A DNA stretch of 64,000 nucleotides from assembly GCA_937936045.1 (NCBI GenBank), contig CALGXC010000003.1, positions 6,097-70,096 of the forward strand. The letters are read 5' to 3'. Shown here piece by piece: positions 17,772-25,920 of the stretch (the first letter of the stretch is position 1; every line of letters begins with the position of its first letter). The stretch is from an uncultured Candidatus Saccharibacteria bacterium. GTDB lineage: Bacteria; Patescibacteriota; Saccharimonadia; Saccharimonadales; Saccharimonadaceae. Under the pieces are notes generated by a model that was not told where the DNA came from, made no database searches, and was given only the letters and a program-made list of their open reading frames with translations. The position numbers were made by a program, and so were the translations under genes.

Positions 17772-18854
17772 ATGAGCGAAACACCAGTAAGATTTAATCC
17801 AAACGCTGAAGTGCCTGATACAAAGACATATGAGCTTAGGGATATACCAAAGTCGCGCGATGAGCGTATTGCTGACGGCCAAGAGAAAGTTGCTGCACTG
17901 AAGAATAAGGCTAAAGAAGGTCTTGGTCGCATATGGAAGGGCTTGAAGGACAGTTTTTATATTGGTGTAAGTCGGGGTTCTGAATTACCTGGACAGATTG
18001 CTGAGGGAGCTGGACGCGCTAAGGAACAAATAGGCAATACTTTGTCTGAAGCAAAGAATAAGGCTGCAGAATTGTTTGCGGGCGGTCGAGAGTTTATTCT
18101 TCAGAAAGCCTCAGAAGCCCGTACGCGAAAAGAAGAAAGGCAAAAAGCTCGCCAAGAACGTAAGGAAGCTCGGGCTAAGGCTAAAGAACAGCGCGAGTTG
18201 GATAGGCAGAAATATAACGAAGCGCGAGAGCAGGATAAGGCAGACAATGAGGCTGACAAGTCGACAATTGATAGCAATAAAGAGACTGTAAAAAACTCTA
18301 AGCAAGAGCAAAAAGAGGCTGTCGTCAAGCTGGAAGAATTAGAAAAGATACGACGAGAGGCGGAAGAGAAGGCTAAGAAAGCTGCCGCTGAGTATGACGC
18401 CGCAAAGAAGGCATTTGAAGCTGATCAAACGAATGAGAAGTTGCGCTTGGAGGCTGATAAAAAGCGTAATCTGGCTGAGGCTGCCGCAGTGGATTTGAAG
18501 CTTGCTGAACTTGATGTTAGTGAGCAGAAGAGTAAGATTGATTCTGCCGAGGAAGAAATTGATAAGGCTAAGAGTGAAATAGATAAAGCTAAGGAAGCCA
18601 TGAAGGAGCGTGCAGGAAAAGCCCGGGAACGTAAGAACGCACGACGACAAGCTCGCAGAGAGGCTTTCGGCGACAAATGGGAATCTGCCAAAGATAAGCT
18701 GGCGCGGGTTGCTGGCAAGGGCGCGAACTGGATGATGAATCTTGGTAGAAGGGCTGTTGCGGGAGCTGGTAGGGCTGTCGGTAGGGCCGCTAGGGCGGTC
18801 GCCAACAAACTTGACCCAGTTGAGGTAAATAGCGAATCAAGCAACGGTAAATAA
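17772..18854 (+). CDS. K/E/A-rich coiled-coil protein, unknown function
   Basis: About 250 aa of heptad-like charged sequence. AAGGAAAG SD. Basic Arg/Ala/Gly C-terminus. Confidence 0.75.
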   Translation: MSETPVRFNPNAEVPDTKTYELRDIPKSRDERIADGQEKVAALKNKAKEGLGRIWKGLKDSFYIGVSRGSELPGQIAEGAGRAKEQIGNTLSEAKNKAAELFAGGREFILQKASEARTRKEERQKARQERKEARAKAKEQRELDRQKYNEAREQDKADNEADKSTIDSNKETVKNSKQEQKEAVVKLEELEKIRREAEEKAKKAAAEYDAAKKAFEADQTNEKLRLEADKKRNLAEAAAVDLKLAELDVSEQKSKIDSAEEEIDKAKSEIDKAKEAMKERAGKARERKNARRQARREAFGDKWESAKDKLARVAGKGANWMMNLGRRAVAGAGRAVGRAARAVANKLDPVEVNSESSNGK

Positions 18855-18895
18855 GCATAATTGATAATAAAACATAAAAAGGATATTATAAAATC

Positions 18896-19231
18896 ATGAA
18901 TAACGACCAAACCCAATTAAACATTCGAGTAACAATAGTCACCAAGGCGCAGCTGAATTCAATCGGTATCAATCTACCAGAAGATCAGATGCAGGCGCTG
19001 ATTCAGCACGTAGAAGATACGATCAATAGCCAAATTGGCGAAGAAATCGTTGAATCTTTGGACGATGATCAATTGAAGGAGTTGGTGCAGATGCAGGACA
19101 ATGACGCGCCGGCTGAAGAAATTGATGCATGGATTCGTGCACGAGTTCCAGAATATGATGAGATCATTGAAGATAACGTGGCGATTGTTCTGGGTGAATT
19201 AGCTAATAATTCCGATGCGATTCAAGCATAA
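18896..19231 (+). CDS. small acidic hypothetical protein
   Basis: ORF with AAGGA SD, followed by a terminator. Confidence 0.65.
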   Translation: MNNDQTQLNIRVTIVTKAQLNSIGINLPEDQMQALIQHVEDTINSQIGEEIVESLDDDQLKELVQMQDNDAPAEEIDAWIRARVPEYDEIIEDNVAIVLGELANNSDAIQA

Positions 19232-19248
19232 ATAAGCTTAGGAAAAGT

Positions 19249-19280
19249 AAATCCGCTTTCACGTGAGAGGGCGGATTTTT
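19249..19280. terminator. bidirectional terminator shared by 18896 gene and recF
   Basis: AAATCCGCTTTC/GAGAGGGCGGATTT, about 12 bp. T-tracts on both strands. Confidence 0.75.
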
Positions 19281-20331
19281 ATTGTGTGGAAATTATTGAG
19301 CAGCCGTCTTTTTGGTGGCGCGCATCTGTCGTGGTGACGATAAATTGGTGGTTTTGGATGGTTTCCTGAAGAAGTTTTTCGCGGGTGGCGTCTAGCTCCG
19401 AGAAAACGTCATCCAGTAGAATTAGCGGTCGAGATTGACTAATCTCTGTCTGCATTTCAAGCTCTAGCAACTTGAATGCCAGCATAATGGTTCGCATTTC
19501 GCCACGTGAAGCAACTTTAATGGCGGGCTGATTATGGAGGAAAATTGTGAAATCTTCACGGTGTGGGCCAGCCGAAGTAAATCCTGTGACTATTTCATAT
19601 TCGCGAGATTTTCCTAAGCGATTAAGCAGGGCTTGGTCGTAATTTTCCAGAGGTACAATAGCGCCATATTCAATGGACAGTTGCGTATCTTTTCCTGCCA
19701 AAGATTCGTATAGATTTTTTATGCGAGGCTCGTTTATCTGGAGAAATTTGGCTCGTTTTTGGGCAATGTTGGTTGCGTATTGGACAAATTTTATATCCCA
19801 AGCAAACAGGTTGTCGCGCCAAATTGATGAGTCTTCTTGGTGGGATTTTAAGAGTTCGTTGCGCTGTAAAAGAGTGCGATTGAAAGCTCTTAAATCCGTG
19901 TCGTATTTGGGGTCAAGTCGGGCAATTAAGCCATCCAGAAAGTCGCGTCGTCGGGACGGCGAAGAGGAAATTAATCTTAGTTCGCTTGGCTCAAACAAAA
20001 CGACAGGCAAGCGGTTTTTTCTGGTTAAGGCCTTTGATTTATTGTCATTGATAATGAATTCTTTGTTTATTTTTCCGGAAATTGAGTCTAGTTTAATGCG
20101 TCGATCGCCGAAATCACCCTCCAGGTGAATAATTGTTTGCGGGGCATTCAGTGTCATGCAATCGCTAAGGCTGCCACGAAAACTACTGCCGCGTAACGCC
20201 ACATAAACCGCCTCGAGCAGATTCGTCTTGCCGGTGCCATTTGGTCCAACGATTACCGTTCCAGAATTGCTAAAAGTCGCTTCGTGTAGATGATAAGACC
20301 GGAAATTGTATAGCTTAATCTTAGAAATCAC
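19279..20331 (-). CDS. recF: DNA replication and repair protein RecF
   Basis: ISKIKLYNFRSY...GPNGTGKTNLLEA. GTG start at 20331 chosen because the longer ORF runs through the -10 box and the frr start. Confidence 0.9.
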   Translation of the reverse strand: MISKIKLYNFRSYHLHEATFSNSGTVIVGPNGTGKTNLLEAVYVALRGSSFRGSLSDCMTLNAPQTIIHLEGDFGDRRIKLDSISGKINKEFIINDNKSKALTRKNRLPVVLFEPSELRLISSSPSRRRDFLDGLIARLDPKYDTDLRAFNRTLLQRNELLKSHQEDSSIWRDNLFAWDIKFVQYATNIAQKRAKFLQINEPRIKNLYESLAGKDTQLSIEYGAIVPLENYDQALLNRLGKSREYEIVTGFTSAGPHREDFTIFLHNQPAIKVASRGEMRTIMLAFKLLELEMQTEISQSRPLILLDDVFSELDATREKLLQETIQNHQFIVTTTDARHQKDGCSIISTQ

Positions 20332-20337
20332 TCTGTT

Positions 20338-20346
20338 ATTATAGCA
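20338..20346 (-). promoter_or_regulatory. extended -10 TGcTATAAT, 6 nt before recF GTG
   Basis: Read directly on the minus strand. Confidence 0.5.
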
Positions 20347-20387
20347 CGGGGCGTAAGGCAAAATTAGCAGACAATACGCTTGAAGTT

Positions 20388-20396
20388 TGATATAAT
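20388..20396 (+). promoter_or_regulatory. extended -10 TGaTATAAT for frr (SD-led)
   Basis: Followed by a GGAGG SD before ATG 20422. Confidence 0.5.
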
Positions 20397-20421
20397 AACG
20401 GATAGATAAATTGGAGGAAAT

Positions 20422-20976
20422 ATGTTCGACACAAACCCTTATGAAGAAAAAATGAATGCAGCGTTTAGCTTTTTTCAAGATGAATTGAAGAAGGTGCGAA
20501 CGGGCAGGGCGCACGCTGGAATGCTCGACGGCATTATGGTTGAGGCTTACGGCTCAAAAATGCCACTTAATCAAGTCGCAAACGTAACCGCTCCAGAGGC
20601 ACAAATGTTGTTAGTTACGCCATTTGACCCGAGTAACATTACAGCAATTTCTTCTGCAATTCGCGACAATCAAAGCCTGGGCTTTAATCCATCTGACGAT
20701 GGGCGAGTGGTTCGCGTTCCAGTTCCAGCTTTGACTGAAGAGCGCCGCCATCAACTGGTGAAACAGGTTAGCGAGAAGGTTGAGGAGGCTCGAATTGCGA
20801 TGCGAAATATTCGTCAGGATGCATTAAAGGACGCTAAGCGAATGAAGGACAATAAAGAGCTGAGCGAAGACGATTTGAAGCGCGTAGAGAAAGAAATTGA
20901 CGGCTTAATGAGCAAGATGCAGACGCAAATTGACGAGGCGTTTAAGGCGAAAGAAAAGGACGTCTTAACAGTTTAA
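20422..20976 (+). CDS. frr: ribosome recycling factor
   Basis: Full-length RRF-like sequence (VRTGRAHAGMLDGI..., LTEERR). Confidence 0.97.
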   Translation: MFDTNPYEEKMNAAFSFFQDELKKVRTGRAHAGMLDGIMVEAYGSKMPLNQVANVTAPEAQMLLVTPFDPSNITAISSAIRDNQSLGFNPSDDGRVVRVPVPALTEERRHQLVKQVSEKVEEARIAMRNIRQDALKDAKRMKDNKELSEDDLKRVEKEIDGLMSKMQTQIDEAFKAKEKDVLTV

Positions 20977-21395
20977 TGAGCGAAACTTTTGCCGATAAAG
21001 TGAAAGCGTTGAATTTGTCGTTGGATCAAATTATTGTTATTGGTAGCGGGATTTTGGATCAATTGGGGATTCGTCCAGCTAGCGATATTGATCTTGCGGC
21101 GAGTTCTGATTTGATGAAAAAGCTCTCTGAGGAAAGTGATGATTGGTCTAAAAAGTTTGGTTATAACCAGCGTTTTTATTTTGTAAAAGATGACGGTTCG
21201 GCTGAAGTTTGGGACGGCTGGGATTTTGATGGGCAGGCTGTTAGCTATGATGATTTGCTTGATTACGCGGTAGAATATGATGGCGTAAGGTTCGTCAATT
21301 TAGAGTTTTTATCTCGATGGAAAAAATGGCGCAATCGCGAAAAAGATGTTCAAGATGTGAAATTAATTGATGAATGGAGGGCGAATAATGAATGA
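20976..21395 (+). CDS. small nucleotidyltransferase-fold protein (GSG...DxD)
   Basis: VIGSGILDQLGIRPASDIDL matches the minimal NTase G[SG]-x(9-13)-DxD pattern. TAATG overlap with frr and ATGAATGA overlap with uppS. Confidence 0.65.
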   Translation: MSETFADKVKALNLSLDQIIVIGSGILDQLGIRPASDIDLAASSDLMKKLSEESDDWSKKFGYNQRFYFVKDDGSAEVWDGWDFDGQAVSYDDLLDYAVEYDGVRFVNLEFLSRWKKWRNREKDVQDVKLIDEWRANNE

Positions 21396-22083
21396 AAATG
21401 TGAGTTTGCCGCGGCACATCGGGTTTATTGTTGATGGAAATCGGCGATGGGCAAAACAGCACGGTCTGCCGACATACGAAGGACATCTGGCGGGCTATAA
21501 CGCGCTAAAAGACGTGGCGTTGGAGGTTCTTCATCGAGGCGTGAAATATGCGAGCGCTTACGTTTTTAGTACGGAAAACTGGAAGCGGTCAGAGGAAGAA
21601 GTCCGACATTTGATGAAATTGCTATTGAACATACTGAAGGCTGATCTTTCGATATTTATTGAAAACGAGGTTCGCTTGAGGGTTGTTGGGTCCAGGGAAG
21701 GCTTGTCGGATCAATTGATCAAAGCGATTGACGAGGCTGAGGAGAAAACTGCCGATCTGAAAAACGGAGAGTTGGTCTTATGCTTAAATTATGGCGGACA
21801 TTTGGAGATTGCTGATGCGGTTAAAAAAATTGTTCAATCTGGAGTTTCTCCTGAGGAAATTACGCCCGAGTTGATTGCTCAAAATATATACGCACCAGAG
21901 GTGCCGCCGTGCGATTTGATTGTTAGAACTTCTAGTGAACAGCGACTTAGCAACTTTATGTTGTGGCGCTCGGCGTACAGCGAGTTGATGTTTATTGAGA
22001 AGAATTGGCCAGACATGACAGTTGATGACGTGTCGGCTATTTTAGAGGAATATGCTAATCGGAATAGGCGGTTTGGAAAATGA
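21388..22083 (+). CDS. uppS: undecaprenyl diphosphate synthase
   Basis: HIGFIVDGNRRWA; FSTENWKR. Confidence 0.93.
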   Translation: MNENVSLPRHIGFIVDGNRRWAKQHGLPTYEGHLAGYNALKDVALEVLHRGVKYASAYVFSTENWKRSEEEVRHLMKLLLNILKADLSIFIENEVRLRVVGSREGLSDQLIKAIDEAEEKTADLKNGELVLCLNYGGHLEIADAVKKIVQSGVSPEEITPELIAQNIYAPEVPPCDLIVRTSSEQRLSNFMLWRSAYSELMFIEKNWPDMTVDDVSAILEEYANRNRRFGK

Positions 22084-23240
22084 TTATTTGGGGAGTGTTT
22101 GTAGGGCTATTTGTTCTCATCTTATTGGTGGTTTTGCATGAATTAGGTCATGCTATTGTCGCCAAAAGAAACGGCGTCAAGGTTGAGGAATTTGGAATCG
22201 GATTTCCGCCCGCTGCAAAAAAATGGAAGGTAAAGCGAAGCTTCTTGGGTGAAAACGTAACGTTTAGTCTGAACTGGCTGCCGCTTGGTGGATTTGTCAG
22301 ACTGAGGGGTGAATATGATTCCGCAAAAGGCGAGGGTACCTATGGCGGATCGACATTTTGGGTGAAGACGAAAATCTTGCTGGCTGGCGTCGTGATGAAC
22401 TGGATAACTGCGATTGTTTTGTTCACGATTCTTGCGGTAATTGGCATGCCGAAAATCCTGTCGAACCAAGTACAATTGCCATTTGATACAGAGGTTAGGC
22501 GTTCGCCGGTGGCGATAGCGAAAGTTACGCCAGGTTCGCCTGCTGATAAAGCTGGACTTAAGATCAATGATCAATTGGTGCAAATAAATGATCAGCCACT
22601 TACAGAGGCGGGAAAGTTGCCAATTGTAACGAAGGAAAATACTGGCAAAAAAATCAACGTCAAGTACAGGCGTGATGGCAAAGAGTCGGCTGTTGACGTC
22701 CAGTTGAATGATGAAAAGTCCGTGAAGGGAAGCGGATATTTGGGTGTTATTCCGGGGCAGACGGAGAAAATGTATAGCACCTGGTCGGCGCTTATTGTGG
22801 GTGTGGCGACTACTGGGCAATTGTCATATGAAACTATCAAAGGCGTTGGTGTGTTATTGGTAAAAACCGTGCACGGATCAATCGGACAAATATTTGGTTC
22901 CGCGGAATCAAAAGAATCTGCACGAGCTGATTTGGCCTCTGTCAGCGGGAGCGTAGCAGGACCAATTGGCATACTGGGTGTATTATTCCCGTCAGTTGTC
23001 AGTTCTGGAATTGAGTACATCATTTTCGTGGCGGCGTTAATCTCGCTGACGCTGGCAGTGATGAACATTTTACCAATCCCAGCGCTTGATGGTGGTCGCT
23101 GGTTCACGATGGCAATTTTCCGCTTATTTAAGAAAGATCTGACGAAAGAGCGTGAAGAAAATATTCAGGCAACCGGTATGTTGATTCTATTAATCTTAAC
23201 AATTTTGGTGACGATCAGTGATGTTGGAAAACTCTTCTAA
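22080..23240 (+). CDS. rseP: RIP site-2 metalloprotease (M50) RseP-like
   Basis: HELGH, PDZ segment, NILPIPALDGG. Confidence 0.9.
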   Translation: MIIWGVFVGLFVLILLVVLHELGHAIVAKRNGVKVEEFGIGFPPAAKKWKVKRSFLGENVTFSLNWLPLGGFVRLRGEYDSAKGEGTYGGSTFWVKTKILLAGVVMNWITAIVLFTILAVIGMPKILSNQVQLPFDTEVRRSPVAIAKVTPGSPADKAGLKINDQLVQINDQPLTEAGKLPIVTKENTGKKINVKYRRDGKESAVDVQLNDEKSVKGSGYLGVIPGQTEKMYSTWSALIVGVATTGQLSYETIKGVGVLLVKTVHGSIGQIFGSAESKESARADLASVSGSVAGPIGILGVLFPSVVSSGIEYIIFVAALISLTLAVMNILPIPALDGGRWFTMAIFRLFKKDLTKEREENIQATGMLILLILTILVTISDVGKLF

Positions 23241-24027
23241 GAAAATAAAAAACCGCAAATGGTGGCTGATTTTGGCGCTCCCAGCTTGGGTTTATGGCGT
23301 ATTTTTGGCGGTGGAAGTTATTGTTTCATTGGCGGTCGGTGCTTTGATAAAAATCGGTGTGCCACTCAATTCTGTGAATCCAGTTATTTCTAACACGGTG
23401 CTTTCGGTTGTTGTATATATTTTGTCGCTAATTGTCGTGATTGGTGTTCCGTTTTTGGTTAAGAAGCGCCGAACAACTTTGAGTAATTTGGGTGTAAATG
23501 ACTGGCCAACGTTTTTGGAAATATTTATTTCTCCATTCGCTTTTGTGGCGTACTTTTTACTAACAATGGTTACAATGAGCATTGCCAGAGTTGTTTTCTT
23601 AGTGGATATGCAACAAAAGCAAGCTATACCGTTCAGTCAGAGTATGCTGGCGACTCATTGGCAATTTATCATGGCGTTTGTCGTTCTGGTGGTATTGGCA
23701 CCAATTGCGGAGGAACTTTTGTATCGAGGATATCTTTATGGTAAGTTGCGCAATTCTTTCTCGATTTGGCTGTCAATTATCACAACGAGCATAGCGTTTG
23801 GCGCGGCGCATCTTTGGGTTGGTCCGGATTCGCCATTGCAATGGGCGGTGGCAGTTGATACATTTACTTTAAGCCTGGTTATGTGCGCAACTAGGGAATA
23901 TACTGGCGCAATTTGGGTACCGATTATGATGCATATGATGAAAAACGGAATAGCTTTTTATTTCTTGTTTATCAATACGGGCGCAATTAATCAGACGGAA
24001 TCGTTATTGCCATTTATATTTATGTAA
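23218..24027 (+). CDS. CPBP (CAAX) family intramembrane glutamic endopeptidase
   Basis: PIAEELLYRGYLY and FGAAH motifs. Polytopic. Confidence 0.85.
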   Translation: MMLENSSKKIKNRKWWLILALPAWVYGVFLAVEVIVSLAVGALIKIGVPLNSVNPVISNTVLSVVVYILSLIVVIGVPFLVKKRRTTLSNLGVNDWPTFLEIFISPFAFVAYFLLTMVTMSIARVVFLVDMQQKQAIPFSQSMLATHWQFIMAFVVLVVLAPIAEELLYRGYLYGKLRNSFSIWLSIITTSIAFGAAHLWVGPDSPLQWAVAVDTFTLSLVMCATREYTGAIWVPIMMHMMKNGIAFYFLFINTGAINQTESLLPFIFM

Positions 24028-24038
24028 AGGAGAAAAAT

Positions 24039-25286
24039 ATGCGAATGACACAACTTTTTACTAGGACTTTGAAGCAGGCGCCAGCTGGCGAGGTTGCGCG
24101 AAATGCTCAGCTTTTGATTCGTGCTGGCTACGTGCATAAAACGATGGCGGGCGTGTATTCGTTTTTGCCGTTGGGTTTGAGAGTTCTTGAGAATATCAAG
24201 CAAATTGTTCGCGAGGAAATGGACAAGGTTAATAGCCAGGAATTGATGATGAGTACTTTGCAGCGAAAGGAATTGTGGCAAGAAACTGGCCGCTGGAGCG
24301 ATGAATTGGTCGACGTTTGGTTTAAGTCTAAGCTGCAAGACGGCACGGATATTGGTTTTGGTTGGACGCACGAGGAGCCGATTGTTGATCTTCTTCGCAA
24401 TTACTTAAAGAGCTACAAAGATTTGCCAATTAGCGTTTATCAATTCCAGAATAAATTGCGAAACGAACTTCGCGCTAAGAGTGGAATTATGCGTGGTCGT
24501 GAATTTGTGATGAAGGATATGTATTCGATTCACGACAGCAAGGAGAGTTTGGATAGTTATTACAATTCAGTTATCGAGGCATATAAGCGTTGTTATGACC
24601 GATTTGGAATTGGCAATGAAACGTATGTGACGTTTGCTTCTGGCGGCGCTTTCACGAAGTTTAGCCATGAGTTTCAGACTATTTGCGACGCTGGCGAGGA
24701 TTATATTTATCTTCATCGCGGTAAAAATATTGCTGTTAATGAAGAAGTTTTGGACGAGGCGGTCAAGGAGCTTGGCGTTGATCGTAGTGAGTTAGAAAAA
24801 GTGAAAACTGCTGAAGTTGGCAATATCTTTAATTTCGGTACGCAGAAATCCGAAGAAATGAAGTTGGTGTTCACCGACGCCGAAGGTAAAGAGCGATACG
24901 CTTATATGGGAAGTTATGGCATTGGAATTACGCGAGTTATGGGCGTGATTGTTGAGAAGTTCGCTGATGATAAAGGTTTGGTTTGGCCAGAGAATATTGC
25001 GCCGTTTAAGGTTCATATTGTTGCAATTGGTGAAAAAGGTCAGGAACTAGCAGGTAAGTTTTATGACGAGCTGGCTAACAGTGGCGTCGACGCGCTACTT
25101 GATGATCGTGATGAGCGTCCAGGCGTGAAATTTGCCGATGCTGAGTTAATGGGATTGCCGTGGCGGATAACAATTGGCGATCGAGCGATTGACGGTGATG
25201 GCTTGTTTGAATTGACGGAACGAGCAACTGGCGAAACGCGAAAAATGGATCATCAACAATTGATGGATTTTTGCCTTAGTCGGTAG
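24039..25286 (+). CDS. proS: prolyl-tRNA synthetase, short form without the INS editing insertion
   Basis: Class II motifs (FRNELRAKSGIMRGREF; GSYGIGITR). Only 415 aa. Confidence 0.92.
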   Translation: MRMTQLFTRTLKQAPAGEVARNAQLLIRAGYVHKTMAGVYSFLPLGLRVLENIKQIVREEMDKVNSQELMMSTLQRKELWQETGRWSDELVDVWFKSKLQDGTDIGFGWTHEEPIVDLLRNYLKSYKDLPISVYQFQNKLRNELRAKSGIMRGREFVMKDMYSIHDSKESLDSYYNSVIEAYKRCYDRFGIGNETYVTFASGGAFTKFSHEFQTICDAGEDYIYLHRGKNIAVNEEVLDEAVKELGVDRSELEKVKTAEVGNIFNFGTQKSEEMKLVFTDAEGKERYAYMGSYGIGITRVMGVIVEKFADDKGLVWPENIAPFKVHIVAIGEKGQELAGKFYDELANSGVDALLDDRDERPGVKFADAELMGLPWRITIGDRAIDGDGLFELTERATGETRKMDHQQLMDFCLSR

Positions 25287-25297
25287 GGCTGATTATA

Positions 25298-25326
25298 TTG
25301 ACATAATAAATAGCGATTGATATACT
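25298..25326 (+). promoter_or_regulatory. promoter TTGACA-17nt-TGaTATACT for greA (about 85-nt leader)
   Basis: Read directly. Confidence 0.55.
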
Positions 25327-25418
25327 CAGATAGACTTAATCAAGACTAATTAAAAACACTATATTTAGTGTAGATCGTAAGACTAATACCACTACATACA
25401 GTAGAGGAGGAAATTTTT

Positions 25419-25874
25419 ATGAAAAAAACTTATCAAATTACAGAATCTGGAAAGGCTGATTTAGAAAAAGAATTGGCAGAGTTGAAGGGGCGACGTGGCG
25501 AGATTGCCGAGAAAATTGCGGCAGCGCGAGACTTTGGTGACTTAAGCGAAAACGCGGAATATGACGCTGCACGCGAAGAGCAAGGCTTGGTGGAGACGCG
25601 AATTTTGGAAATTGAAGATATTCTGCAGAACGCCGAAATTATTAAATCCAACGGTAGCTCAAGCGTTGGCTTGGGTAGTACAGTTGAATTGCAATGCCCA
25701 GAGAAAACTGTGACTTATACGGTTGTCGGTCCAGTTGAGGCCGATCCGTTGGCTGGACGAATCTCAGATCAGTCGCCAATTGGTAAAGAATTGATTGGTA
25801 AGAAAATCGGTGACGAAGTGACGATTAAAACGCCAAAAGCCGAAATTACCTACATTATTAAGTCGATATCTTAA
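25419..25874 (+). CDS. greA: transcription elongation factor GreA
   Basis: N-terminal coiled coil with DLSENAEYDAAREEQ plus the C-terminal FKBP-like domain. GAGGAGG SD. Confidence 0.95.
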   Translation: MKKTYQITESGKADLEKELAELKGRRGEIAEKIAAARDFGDLSENAEYDAAREEQGLVETRILEIEDILQNAEIIKSNGSSSVGLGSTVELQCPEKTVTYTVVGPVEADPLAGRISDQSPIGKELIGKKIGDEVTIKTPKAEITYIIKSIS

Positions 25875-25901
25875 GTCTGGCGAGATCTGCCGCGTATAAT
25901 G

Positions 25902-25910
25902 TGCTATAAT
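25902..25910 (+). promoter_or_regulatory. extended -10 TGcTATAAT, 10 nt before lysS ATG
   Basis: Read directly. A second TATAAT lies at 25895-25900. Confidence 0.5.
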
Positions 25911-25920
25911 TATCTCTGTT

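Noticed and set aside
20332-20514. N-terminal 61-aa extension of recF given by the ORF track
   Set aside because: It would run through the recF -10 box and overlap the frr start and SD. The RecF homology begins at ISKIKLYNFRSY, directly after GTG 20331.
22143-22820. 225-aa minus-strand ORF inside rseP, plus similar shadow ORFs (17006..17542 in tsf, 18425..18916 and 18339..18650 in the coiled-coil gene, 39503..40021 in secA, 58263..58832 in glyQS, 9436..9897 in the LCP gene)
   Set aside because: All are antisense to genes with clear family motifs. Shadow ORFs are expected at this base composition, and in the repeat-rich coiled-coil gene. No independent signals support them.
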